DNA of 63,401 nt, the filler included, from Octopus bimaculoides (Eukaryota), in assembly GCF_001194135.2 (NCBI RefSeq). It is 4 parts of 4 records of this genome, joined end to end, with 100 filler letters (N's around TTAATTAATTAA, not from the genome) between each part and the next. Parts side by side here need not be neighbours in the genome. Positions count along the whole stretch, not along the records: positions 28,974 to 46,660 come from NC_068996.1; positions 46,761 to 62,205 come from NC_069004.1; 2 more parts are not named here. One strand, 5' to 3'. Position numbers and translations under genes: made by a program. Positions 41,661 through 55,288 of the stretch are shown here, one piece after another (positions within the stretch are counted from its first letter, which is position 1; each line of letters starts with the position of its first letter). The notes below the pieces were generated by a model that was not told the origin of the DNA, searched no databases, and saw only the letters and a program-made list of their open reading frames with translations.

Positions 41661-42510
41661 TTCCCTATTACCCCATTTGTATTCTCCCTTATTGTATCTT
41701 ATTTTACTTTATTTTATCAAACCTTTTTTGATGTCCTTCCAAAAATTCCCCACACTGATGAGAATGACAATGCATAAATTTAGTTATAATTACTATGATT
41801 ATAATTTTTTTCTTACATATTTGTATTGTCCTTTGAAATGCGCGTATGTATTGAATCCTATTTTGTATTAAATCTAATTTTGATTCAACATCCTTTTTTT
41901 CTCCTCCATTTTTCTATAATTGTTTATGGTATATTTATATCTATACCGATATTTTTCAACTACTATTTTCATATTCTTATCACTTGCTCTATCTATAATT
42001 ATATATACATAAATGTGTATATATACATATATATATGTATATATNNNNNNNNNNNNNNNNNNNNNNNNNNNNNNNNNNNNNNNNNNNNNNNNNNNNNNNN
42101 NNNNNNNNNNNNNNNNNNNNNNNNNNNNNNNNNNNNNNNNNNNNNNNNNNNNNNNNNNNNNNNNNNNNNNNNNNNNNNNNNNNNNNNNNNNNNNNNNNNN
42201 NNNNNNNNNNNNNNNNNNNNNNNNNNNNNNNNNNNNNNNNNNNNNNNNNNNNNNNNNNNNNNNNNNNNNNNNNNNNNNNNNNNNNNNNNNNNNNNNNNNN
42301 NATATATATATGTGTGTATATATATATATATATAGATATATACAGTCACATATATATATATATATACACTCATGCATATATATGTATATATATAGAGATA
42401 TATATACACTCATATATATGTATGTATATACATTTATATATATATATACTCATATATATGTATATATATATATATATAGATATATAAATATGTGTGTGTG
42501 TATATATATA

Positions 42511-43930
42511 AAGCAATCACCCAGCCTAAAAATACTTTAATTAAAAATATCAACCGAAGAATATCTTACTGTTCATCTAATAAGGATATATGTAATATAT
42601 AATATAAAGACCAATATAACATAGCTTTGGCTAATGCAGGTTATAAAGAGAAAATAAAATATTTATCGCATATAAATAATACTAACAATAGTATGCGAAT
42701 CTCTAAAAACAAATAGAATAGCTATAATATTAAAAATAATATTAGTGACAAAAATATAAGCGAATATGTGAACAACGATAAAGTTAAAAATAAAGATAAT
42801 AACTGAAATAGAAATAGATCTGATAGATATAAAACAAACTACAATACCCCCACTTTTCTCGGAAATGTTGAATCATCTAATAATAATAATAATAATGATG
42901 ATAATATGGTTGATACCGCCTTTTGCGTTGCAAATTAAGAATATTCTGGTAAAATCTATCCTTTCAATTATTAATAAGCATTTTAACAATAACAATAAAT
43001 ATCATAAAAACATTAATATTTATTTCTTTATTGCCCACAGGAGGCTAAACATAGAAAGGACATACATGGACAGACAAAAGCTTTAAGACGATTACATCGA
43101 CACCAGTGCGTAACTGGTACGTATTTAATTGACCCTAAGAGAATGGAAGGCAAAGTCGACCTTAGCGGAATTTGAACTCAGAACGTAACGGCAGCCCAAA
43201 TACTGCTAAGCATTTCGCCCGGCGTGCTAACGATTCTGCCAGCTCGCCGCCTTATGAAATCATTACTATTAAAACTATTAAAATAGGGTATAGTTTAACC
43301 CATAATTTGGCTACTATTATTACTGCTATAAGTAATAGGAAATTGGACAAATTCTATATAAATAGAGGGGATTGTAGCGGGAATGTAAATATCTGTAATA
43401 CTAATAACCCCGCTATGGTTAACACTAGTGCTAATATTAAAGCCAATAACACAGCAATACATCTACTCATAATACGGTCCATTTACCTAAATAACCCTAA
43501 GGTCAATAATATAGATAATAGTTGTGATTGTAGAATTAAAAGTAATTGCTTACTCAGAAACGCATCTAACCGTAAAAGCGTAGTATATCAATGTATAGTA
43601 ATGGCACAGGAAATGAAGAGTTGTTATATAGGTTCGACACAATGAAATTAAGAAACGTTTGACCTCACATCTATTCTTTCAGAAATAGACGTAGATCTGG
43701 TTCCACTGGTCTGAGTAAATTTATTTGGGAGCTAAAATATAAGAATATACAGTATGATTTATTATGAAATACTAACCTCGGCGTCCTCTTATCAAATAGG
43801 TAAGAGTAACTGTCCCTTATGCCTAAATGAAAAATTCTTTATTCTCTCTGCAAAATACCCTATTCTTAACCTTAGAGATGAACGCGATGTCTCTTGCATA
43901 CATAAAACCAAATTTGTGTTCTCAAAATAC
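42511..43930 (+). mobile_element. Penelope-like element remnant (RT thumb, linker and GIY-YIG endonuclease), interrupted by a SINE
   Basis: Fragmented translation: SNHP..IKNINRRISYCSSNKD..YNIALANAGYKEKIKY; IIWLIPPF...IINKHF; TIKIGYS; CDCRIKSNCLL...VVYQCIV...YIGST; STGLSKFIWELK; CPLCLNEKFFI...LNLRDE..CIHKTKF. Contains stops and frameshifts. Confidence 0.85.
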
Positions 43931-45636
43931 TGATATAATATTATTTGATTATTTACTTATTTTAATCCTTGCATTTGCATTCATGTCTAACCCATTTCAC
44001 TACATAATTGTCCTTTTCCCCACTATTCTACGTTTAGCTCTACTTTATAATCAACCCATTTTATTTAACCCTTAATTTGTGTATGGATAAATATTTTGCC
44101 TTAACGTTAATATTAATGTATATCTTATACTAACTTATTTATCTCTTTCCCAAAAACTGTATTGAATTTAAACAAAATTTATAGTCAACTTATTTTATGT
44201 GTTTATATGTATATATATATATAATTTATATTTATGGATTTATGGGTCACTCTTAATTATTAATATTACTTAACGTATTTAATTACCTGAAATATGTTCC
44301 TAATTCCGCACATATTATTAATCTTATTTAATTAATTTTACTTATTCCTTCATCCTTTTATAATCTTTGTACAAAATTACATTTTTCAGGTAAGTTGATC
44401 TACCTAATTAAATTTATATTAAATCTTATAATATACTCCAGTAAGCTTATGATAATTTAGAGGTTTTGGTAAATCTCATATTACCTCCCCTTGATTATTT
44501 TGCATAGTGTTGTATGTTTCATGCTTATATATATATAAATAAGAATGTCTGATTTTATGAATTGGCTTCTTTGTGCTATTTCTGATGCATATTTATGCTT
44601 ATTTCTCAATTAGTTTGATTATTTTGTGTATAATTATTATTTCTTTATTGCCCACAAGGGGCTAAACATAGAGGGGACAAACAAGGACAGACAAAGGGAT
44701 GAAGTCTATTACTCAGAACGTAACGGCAGCCGAAATACCGCTAAGCATTTTGCCAGGCGTGCAAACGATTCTGCCAACTCGCCGCTTTATTTCGTGTATA
44801 ATGACTACTATATAATACGTCTACTTATATACGAACTACATAGTTATGGTTATACCTATTACTCCCCGCCACAATTATAAGGTATATCTTTCTTTTAATC
44901 CGGATTTATCATTAACTTCTTTATTTATCCTAGAATGCTTTTATATATTTATTTTATATTTTCATATTTTATATTATATTTTATTTAGTACTACGATGTG
45001 CCACAATAATGTTTATTTTCTTAAAAAATCTTTTATCCCCTTTATATGACTCAGCATATTTACTTCCGGTTTCTCTAACGCTGTATGTTTGAAAGTTTAA
45101 AATTCTTTCCTATTCAATAGATAATTATTATTATTTTTTTTTTTTACCATAGAGGTTTGAAATAAATATTCTTAAGTGAACTAAGGATATATTATGTATT
45201 CTGATTAAATTTTATTTCTTTATTATTATAAACTGAAGCAATAAGTTATTATTATTATTATATTTAGAAATTATTTATCTCTTTCTGATAACTTCGGTTA
45301 ATATATAATTGCCACGGTTTGCTTATTCTTGATTTAAATTTTATAACTTTAAATTTTTGTATTACAGTATTATAAATAAGTATGATGTTATATGGCATTA
45401 TTATTTATATATATATGCATTCTTCTATTTTCTCGTTTTCTGTTTCTCCTACTCAACACCCTATAATAATATATTAAGCTCTTCTTTTCTTACTTTAAGA
45501 CATAAAAATATACACTACCTTCTCCACCAATTTTGGATTAATGCCTTCTATAACCGGCTCTTTTTGTATATATGCTATCAGTTGACAATTAGCAGCCGTT
45601 ATCTCAAAATGTATTTCTAATCAGTATATCTTTACT

Positions 45637-45720
45637 ACTTCCGAAGAGATTCGTCCTATAAAGATTTTAATTTTATAAATTAATTAGCTAAAGATTACTG
45701 ATTCGAAACAGCTGTCAGAG
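45637..45720 (+). ncRNA. Decayed minimal type I hammerhead motif downstream of a Penelope-like remnant
   Basis: CCGAAGA (45641-45647; CUGAAGA with U4C), stem II GATTCG/TGATTC, GAAA (45705-45708), palindromic stem III CAGCTG, then TC giving a GUC triplet. Stem I pairs poorly. Confidence 0.6.
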
Positions 45721-45787
45721 ATGTCATATTTTATAATTAATAAATAATATTTTATTAATTACCTCTCCATTTTCTCCTTATTCTTCG

Positions 45788-45819
<32 letters not shown>

Positions 45820-46094
45820 TGTATGTATGTATGTATGTGTGTATGTATGTATGTATGTGTATGTATGTATGTATATATAATTGAGTTTTTACCTGTAATT
45901 TTGGATTTTGTCCCTATTATTATTATTATATATGTATATGTATATATATATGTATAGGTATATATAAGTATATGTATATATACATATATATATATGTGTA
46001 TATACGTTTATGAATATATACGTATATACATCTATATATATGCATATATATGTATATACATACATATATATATATATGTATATGTATATGTGTG

Positions 46095-46138
<44 letters not shown>

Positions 46139-46760
46139 NNNNNNNNNNATATACATATATATGTATATATAGATATATATGTACGTATATTTATGTACAT
46201 ATATATGTATCTATATGTATATATATGTAAATGTATATATATGTATATATATATGTGAAGGCACGTCTTAGTGGTTAGGGCATTCGGCTCATGATCGTAA
46301 GGTCGTGAGTTCAGCTCCCGGCGGCGTGTTGTGTCCTTGAGCAAGACACTTTATTTGACGTTGCTCCAGTCCAATCAGCTGGCAAGAATGAGTAGGACCT
46401 GTATTTCAAAGGGCTGACCTTGTCACGTTATGTGTCACGCTGAGTCTCCCCGAGAATTACGTTAGAGGTGCGCGTGTCTGTGGAGTGCTCAGCCACTTGC
46501 ACGTTAATCTCAAGAACAGGCAGTTCCGTTGATCGTATCAGCTGAGACCTTCATCGTTACAACCGACGGAGTGCTCCTATGTACACACACACACACACAC
46601 ACATATATGTATATATATGTACATATATATAAAGATGTATATATATATATATATATATATNNNNNNNNNNNNNNNNNNNNNNNNNNNNNNNNNNNNNNNN
46701 NNNNTTAATTAATTAANNNNNNNNNNNNNNNNNNNNNNNNNNNNNNNNNNNNNNNNNNNN

Positions 46761-46806
<46 letters not shown>

Positions 46807-47370
46807 GTATATATATATGTACATGCATATGTGCATGCACATATGCATGTATACACACACAGACATAGGCCTGCATACATACATACACACATGTACATTC
46901 AGATTGTCACTATTTATTTCAGAGAACCCTTTTTACCCAGTTTTATATAATTAGAAGGGAGCAATGGTTTAAACCTTTTAGCCTTTCATAAGGCGTATTA
47001 ACTTCTCTTACGTCTTTCTGAGAAGCTTTATATTTAGAGCACCTTCAATTGATGTCATAATGAAACATTTTACTGGCTATTCTTTGCACGGTGGTCTCTG
47101 GAATGACAAGCTATTTATAGCGAAAATTCATTGATTAACAAGTAAAGAATAAAGACTTTTACATCACACATTGATATTATAAACCCCATACCAATAAATG
47201 GGGATGGAAGCAAAAATATTTCACTCACTCACCTTTCCACTTTGTCTCCCACGTCTTTCCTCTTTTTTTTTCTTTATATTAATCTAAATCTACTTTTTAC
47301 ATACTCCTACACATCACTTAGTCGATAGCTGTAGATATATCTTTATCGTCATATGTATATATAATAATAA

Positions 47371-47656
47371 TATATATATAGTATAGGACAATCAGTAAGT
47401 TGTACTTGTCTTAATAGAACTCGGTTTCAAATGCCAGAGCTAAAAGCTGATTACTAATTGTCCTATGCTATATATATATATTCCTCTATTTACATAATAT
47501 CGAGGTCTCATTCTTTTGTTGTCATTTTATTATTTTTATACATAATATATATATAGTATAGGACAATCAGTAAGTTGTACTTGTCTTAATAGAACTCGGT
47601 TTCAAATGCCAGAGCTAAAAGCTGATTACTAATTGTCCTATGCTATATATATATAT
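47371..47656. mobile_element. Two tandem copies of a roughly 110-bp TA-flanked MITE-like element
   Basis: Each copy has inverted ends TAGTATAGGACAATCAGTAA and TTACTAATTGTCCTATGCTA embedded in (TA)n. The second copy abuts an N gap. Confidence 0.55.
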
Positions 47657-49191
47657 NNNNNNNNNNNNNNNNNNNNNNNNNNNNNNNNNNNNNNNNNNNN
47701 NNNNNNNNNNNNNNNNNNNNNNNNNNNNNNNNNNNNNNNNNNNNNNNNNNNNNNNNNNNNNNNNNNNNNNNNNNNNNNNNNNNNNNNNNNNNNNNNNNNN
47801 NNNNNNNNNNNNNNNNNNNNNNNNNNNNNNNNNNNNNNNNNNNNNNNNNNNNNNNNNNNNNNNNNNNNNNNNNNNNNNNNNNNNNNNNNNNNNNNNNNNN
47901 NNNNNNNNNNNNNNNNNNNNNNNNNNNNNNNNNNNNNNNNNNNNNNNNNNNNNNNNNNNNNNNNNNNNNNNNNNNNNNNNNNNNNNNNNNNNNNNNNNNN
48001 NNNNNNNNNNNNNNNNNNNNNNNNNNNNNNNNNNNNNNNNNNNNNNNNNNNNNNNNNNNNNNNNNNNNNNNNNNNNNNNNNNNNNNNNNNNNNNNNNNNN
48101 NNNNNNNNNNNNNNNNNNNNNNNNNNNNNNNNNNNNNNNNNNNNNNNNNNNNNNNNNNNNNNNNNNNNNNNNNNNNNNNNNNNNNNNNNNNNNNNNNNNN
48201 NNNNNNNNNNNNNNNNNNNNNNNNNNNNNNNNNNNNNNNNNNNNNNNNNNNNNNNNNNNNNNNNNNNNNNNNNNNNNNNNNNNNNNNNNNNNNNNNNNNN
48301 NNNNNNNNNTATATATATATGGAACAAAAACGCAATATAGGGCATTAAAACGTTTGGACAGATAGACTACACAATGGTGGAAAGAGAAACAACAATTAGA
48401 AGGACAGGCAAACAAAGACGGTGCATTCTTGGCTTTCTTTCATCAGTCAAGTAGCAGAAGTCACGACTATTTCGGACAGATATATATATATATATATAAG
48501 CGTCCACCAGTTCGGCTTTCTGTACAGATTTCATGTAAATTTTCCAGTATTCTATTCATGACGTGTTAGTCAACCGGACGCAACAACAGAAAGCAAACGT
48601 CCGAACCATTCCGCGGGGTAATCGATCCCGAAACCCCGCTGTTACGAACTGCTGTTGTTAACCACACAACGATTTCAGAGACTTTTTTTACTCGCGTTTT
48701 TTTTCTTTTATCATTGTTTCTCCGTGTGTAGGTGGAGAGCAAGCCCTTTTTAATGGACTCTGTCCAATGTGGTCGATACATCGATAACATGTAATCGTTT
48801 CGGAGATTTCTTAGTGGCTATCAATTCTTTGTCAGTTTGATGAAAAGATCTGGATTTTACCATTAGTGGAAACGTAATTTTTGTCTTATTTTGATGCCTT
48901 TTATTCATTTTTGTTTATTTTTTGTTGATTTTTGTTGTTGTTGTTGTCATCACCTTTCGTAGGACCATTTGTCGCGTTTACTTCTAATAAACAGGGGTGT
49001 GCAGAAAACAACTTGCACTGTAAGTTCAAAGTGTGTGTACACTCACACACACACACACGTATACGTATACATGCAATTAATGCATTTATACGTATATATA
49101 CACGCATGTATGTAAGCTCACACACAGAAATGTATGTATAAATATATATGTATATACACCATTGCAAATACATACGTATATATATACATTT

Positions 49192-49241
<50 letters not shown>

Positions 49242-50757
49242 CATGTATGTATATACATACATACATACATAAATATATAAACGCGTAATTCTATGCTTGT
49301 GTATTGAAAGCTTAACATTTTCATGCGCTTTCCCCATTATGCTGCTCCACCTTCCAGAATACACATCTTCGGATGTTTTTTTTTTAGCATTATTTAAGGA
49401 TATTTTTTTCTTGTTTCTTTATGTTTACATATTGCGTTATGAGGTGGGCGGATGAAGAGTTTTCCACTTGTCGAAGAATAGCTTTTTAGTTCCAGGTGAT
49501 CATATTTTTAAAGAATTACCAGAAAATACTGCGAGGAAATGACGTAAATGTTATAAACAACTAGGTCAGTGAAATTAACCCAGTCAGGACTTGAAACCTC
49601 ATTAAAAATATGACTTCAAGAGAGGTTGGCCACTAATGTAATGTTTAGGTATACATACATACATACACACATATATATATGTGTATGTATGTGTGTATAT
49701 GCATATATGTGTACGTGTATGTGTGTATGTGTATATATATTATATATATGTATGTATGTATGTTTGTGTGTGCGTGTGTGTAAATGTACATATATATAGA
49801 TATACATGTCTACATATTTATCTGTGCGCATTACGTTTATGTGTGTGTGTATAAATCTAAGTGGTTTTCTTAAATTAAGTTTACTCGTAAAAACTGTTCA
49901 ACATTGAGACTACAAACAAGAAACCCACAAGTGACGTTGGCATCTTAGAATGCGTTCATTTATTTATTCTTTCATTGAATTATTCAATTATTATGTATTC
50001 GTTCATTCGTTAATTTCTTCATTGCCACATCCGTAATCTTTACGTCGATCATTCCTTTCATTCCATTATTCTTTCAATGCTGATACCAAATTATTTCGTT
50101 CCAGTCAACGTATTCCTTTACACTAACGAATATTTTAGAATTTCGATAGAATGGACAATGGCTGCTACAAGACGGTAATTTTTTTTTATTGCATTTATGC
50201 AGTAAATTATTTCTTATATTTATTTTCATTTTCTGTTACTATACTACTCCAATGCAATTTCCACATCTTTTGTCAGTTGATATAACACTGGTTACTGTTA
50301 CACTGATGTAATATTTGTATGCCTTGTGTGATATCAATAATAATATGTTCCCCTCATCCGGTTTCCATGTGAGGCAGAGTCGTTAGCATGCTGGACGCTG
50401 GCCAAAATGCTTAGAGGCTCTTCTTCCGACTTTATACATTCTGGTTCAAATGCCACCGGGGTTGACTTCGCCGTTCATCATTTTGAGATCGATGAAATAA
50501 ATACCAGCTGAGTTTGTTCTCCTCTCATTTCATTATCTCGCGAAAATTCTCGCGTTGACATTTAGGCATAACGCATTACCCACTTATAAGCGCATACCCA
50601 CTTACGCTACGCCCCACCCCACGAAATATTTATTAAATGCTCATAAATTTTCCTTGAGCCCTTCATAAATAGACTCGACTAAGATAAATGACAATATATT
50701 GTCGAAGTCATAATAATATATTATCGTTGCAGAACATAATGAGACAGTAAATTCGTA

Positions 50758-50793
50758 TGTCATATGACATGTCATATGACATGTCATATGACA
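50758..50793. repeat. Perfect 36-bp palindrome, (TGTCATATGACA)x3
   Basis: Read directly from the sequence. The 12-bp unit is itself palindromic. Confidence 0.95.
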
Positions 50794-51130
50794 ACGTTTC
50801 GAGTTGTTTCATACAAGAGGCAAACGTAACAGATCGAAAGTCAATTATTATTTTATACGTTTCAATCATCGGGCAGCAGGCAAACTGGGCGGTTAAATTG
50901 ATATCAGTTCTTAAATTATCGTAAGTTTGGTACTTATTCTATCTTTCTCTGTTGCCGAATCGCCAGGTTACGTGGATGTGAACTAACCAATACCGGTTGA
51001 CAAGTGAGGGGGGTTCAATTACAAAGACACGCAGACACATAGACTAACACATATATACACGCATACGCATACAATACACATGTGTAAGGGATACCTACAT
51101 TGTTTGATAAAAAGAGTCAGATATGATGTC

Positions 51131-51204
<74 letters not shown>

Positions 51205-51902
51205 NNNNNNNNNNNNNNNNNNNNNNNNNNNNNNNNNNNNNNNNNNNNNNNNNNNNNNNNNNNNNNNNNNNNNNNNNNNNNNNNNNNNNNNNNNNNNNNN
51301 NNNNNNNNNNNNNNNNNNNNNNNNNNNNNNNNNNNNNNNNNNNNNNNNNNNNNNNNNNNNNNNNNNNNNNNNNNNNNNNNNNNNNNNNNNNNNNNNNNNN
51401 NNNNNNNNNNNNNNNNNNNNNNNNNNNNNNNNNNNNNNNNNNNNNNNNNNNNNNNNNNNNNNNNNNNNNNNNNNNNNNNNNNNNNNNNNNNNNNNNNNNN
51501 NNNNNNNNNNNNNNNNNNNNNNNNNNNNNNNNNNNNNNNNNNNNNNNNNNNNNNNNNNNNNNNNNNNNNNNNNNNNNNNNNNNNNNNNNNNNNNNNNNNN
51601 NNNNNNNNNNNNNNNNNNNNNNNNNNNNNNNNNNNNNNNNNNNNNNNNNNNNNNNNNNNNNNNNNNNNNNNNNNNNNNNNNNNNNNNNNNNNNNNNNNNN
51701 NNNNNNNNNNNNNNNNNNNNNNNNNNNNNNNNNNNNNNNNNNNNNNNNNNNNNNNNNNNNNNNNNNNNNNNNNNNNNNNNNNNNNNNGTGTGTGTGTGTG
51801 TATACATATACATATATATATATATATTTATATATACATACACATATATATGCGTGTGTGTGACTATGGGTGTGGAAAGAGTGAGAAACAATGAGAGGGA
51901 GA

Positions 51903-51956
<54 letters not shown>

Positions 51957-52757
51957 AAGAGAGAGAGAGGCGTCTTTGTGGCTATGAGATATGGTCTTAA
52001 GATTTCAGTAAATTTTTTAATGAAATTTCAAATCCTTACAACTGCTGTTTGAAAGTTTGTTATGCACCTATTTAAAAAGAAAACAGCTTATTGCTCTTTG
52101 TGCTTGTATGTGTGTGTGTATGAATATGTATATGTGTATGTGTATATCTGTGTATGTGTGTGTGGTGTGTGTGTATGGGAATGTGTACTCGTTGGTGCAT
52201 ATAATAAAGAGGCGCGCAGAAAACATTCTGTTTAGAGGCCACGAGCGATGAATAAGTAGACACTTTCACTGCTTCGAGAGGCCTCCAGCTTTTGTATCCA
52301 GATTATAAATTCACATTTATACCAATAACAGTTTGTGTACTTGATTTTGTGTGTAAAAGCCTAAATGACAATTTGGATAAACTAGGGTTTTCAGAAAACG
52401 ATTACAATCAGCTAACTCGCACATTATAAATATAATCTATAAGTGGAACAAAAGAAATAAGCAAGACTTTGATCAGCTTTAGAATGTGACATTGCTATTC
52501 TTATCTACATCCCATGTCCTTATTATAAACCAGCTTCTTCATCAGAGGAAGAATTCAGATAATTAAAACAGAAGTGAACACACATACATATTATACACAC
52601 ACACACACACACACACACGTACATACGTACATACATACATACGTACGCACATGCATACACACATTCATACATACATACATACACATGAATAATGCATATA
52701 TACATATATATATTTGGTTAATGAGAGAGACGGAAGATGACAGATCCGAGAATGTTT

Positions 52758-52840
52758 ATTACTGATTACAATTGCTTCGACCCATCTAACATCAATCTGG
52801 AGTATCAGTCGGTGTAGATGTGTCTCTTCAGGTGATAATA
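52758..52840 (-). ncRNA. Decayed minimal type I hammerhead motif
   Basis: Minus strand: CTGAAGA (52831-52825), stem II GACaCATCTA...TAGATGgGTC, GAAG (A15.1G), palindromic CAATTG, TA. Distal stem I TATTA/TAATA pairs but the proximal part is mismatched. Confidence 0.55.
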
Positions 52841-52904
52841 AGACGTATCTCGTTAAAATAACTACTACTCCGCAAGATATCTTCTCGGTTTGTTTACTGA
52901 AATG

Positions 52905-52935
<31 letters not shown>

Positions 52936-53801
52936 AATTGGCACCACTATCTGTGCAAGAACAAGTAGCAAGTGACAACTCTACTAGCAAAATTAAGAGC
53001 CGAATTTGAATAAAGAATATAAACGCTCTAATTTGACTTAGCATTAGTGTGTGTGTCTCTCTGTGTGTGAGTATGTTTGTGTGTGAGAGAGAGAGAGAGA
53101 GTTCGTACGTAAGAGTTTGTGTGTGTTTGAGTGTGTTTTTGTGTATTTATGTTTGTGTGTTAGTATCCGTGTGTATCTCTGTTATTTTACGTGTCTCTCT
53201 CTGTGTATCTGAGTATAAATGTGTGTGTATGTGCTTGTGTATCTAAACGTGTGTGTGTGCATTTCCGTGTCTGTGAGCGTATAGCTGTGTATGCATGTAT
53301 CCTTATGTGTGTGAGTGTATTTGTGCTTGTGCGTTTGTGTTTATTATCTGTATATGCGTACGAGTTTGCTTGTATCTGTATGAGATTGTGTGTCAATGTG
53401 TGTGAGCAAGTGTGTCTATGTGTGCATGTGTATGCCTGTGTTTGTCCGTGTGTGTGTGTGTGTGTGTGTACGCACTTGTGTGACATCATGGTGGATATTT
53501 TCTCCACTATAAAATAAGGCAGGTCGTAAAACGTTCTTTTAATCATCAAGAATAGTAACATATTCCCATTGAAAAATAAAATAAAATTGAATTTAAAAAC
53601 TTAAGCAAAGAAGCAATAAAAACGCAAGATTGTTTGTAAATAAACAAGAAATCAAAATATATACATATAAACAAAATACATTAATGTAAATAAATACATT
53701 CATTGATAGCCAGAAATAAACAAGTATACAAGACATAATAAAAGAAAGAATTTAAAGGTAAAAAAAACACAACCCAAAATGCTTAAAATAGGTTTAAGCT
53801 G

Positions 53802-53908
<107 letters not shown>

Positions 53909-53963
53909 CGTAAATATTATATATGTATATATATGTACGTATATATATATGTATATATATACG

Positions 53964-54003
<40 letters not shown>

Positions 54004-54230
54004 GCAAAGATGTCTTGTCTCGAAATCTATCGTGGAAAGAGGGAGGGTATTCGTCTCGTTACGTTCATTGGGTGATTAAAATCAGATTGTTTGGAAGTTA
54101 AATATATATATTCATGATCTTTTAATTAGCGGTAGAATTGGCGCAACAATTAATTTGATTTCGAATCAGTGACGACTGACGTCAGTGAACTTCTCGTCGC
54201 CACCTCTCAACACACATAAGCGTACACACA

Positions 54231-54363
54231 CAGACACTCGCACACACACAGACACTCGCACACACACACACACAGACACTCGCACACACACACACACAGA
54301 CACTCGCACACACACACAGACACTCGCACACACACAGACACTCGCACACACACAGACACTCAG
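54231..54363. repeat. Minisatellite: 7 units of GACACTC(G/A) separated by variable (CA)n
   Basis: Read directly from the sequence. Confidence 0.9.
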
Positions 54364-54856
54364 GTGCAGCACGCAGACATACACACGCACATACATAAAT
54401 TTGCACGCACACATATTTACACACACACACACACATATGTATGTGTACACACACACACATACACATATGCACATGTATATGCAAGCATATTTACTAACAT
54501 ACGCAAAATAATAAACACACACACAAATATACTGTTATATATACATGCATACATTAGTGTGTGTGTGTGTGTGTGTGTATGTGTGAAGGCAGATCACCAA
54601 GTGTTCCAACCGGGCGGAGCGTTGTGTCCTTGGACAATGTACTTCATTTCAAATTACTCCAGTCTATTTTTTACTGACTTCAAGCGCATAGACAAATGAA
54701 ATCGCTCTTGCTAAAGCGTAAAAGCGGGTTCGAAGTGTTGAACCTCTTTACCAATGAAGATATCATTGGATGATATCAATTCTTTGAATATAAGATGGAA
54801 CTGTCGTGGTATATCAAGGAACGACCAACCGCAAATGATAATATTTTATGCTTTTG

Positions 54857-55288
54857 AAGGCGGCGAGCTGGCAGAAACATTAGCACGCCGGGCGAAATGC
54901 TTAGCAGTATTTCGTCTGCCGCTACGTTCCGAGTTCAAATTCCGCCAAGGTCGACTTTGCCTTTCATCCTTTCGAGGTCGATAAATTAAGTACCAGTTAC
55001 GCACTGGGGTCGATGTAATCGACTTAATCCCTTTGTCTGTCCTTGTTTGTCCCCTCTATGTTTAGCCCCTTGTCGGCAATAAAGAAACAAGAAACGTTAG
55101 CACTCCGGGCGAAATGCTTAGCGGTATTTCGTCTGTCTTTAAGTTCTGAGTTCAAATTTCGCCGAGGTCAAACTTTTCCTTTCATTCTTTCGCGGTCAAT
55201 AAATTAAGTACCAGTTGCGTACTGGGGTCGATCTAATCGACTGGCCCCCTCCCCAAAAATTTAGGGCCTTGTGCCTAGAGTAGAAAAG
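54857..55288 (+). mobile_element. Dimeric tRNA-derived SINE (family A) with a 17-bp TSD
   Basis: Head GGCGGCGAGCTGGCAGAAAC..., B-box-like GTTCAAATT(C/T)C(G/C) twice. TSD AATATTTTATGCTTTTG at 54840-54856 and 55289-55305. Confidence 0.9.

Noticed and set aside
54231-54363. CRISPR-like repeat-spacer pattern
   Set aside because: The repeats are only 8 bp, the spacers are plain (CA)n, and the context is eukaryotic with no cas genes.
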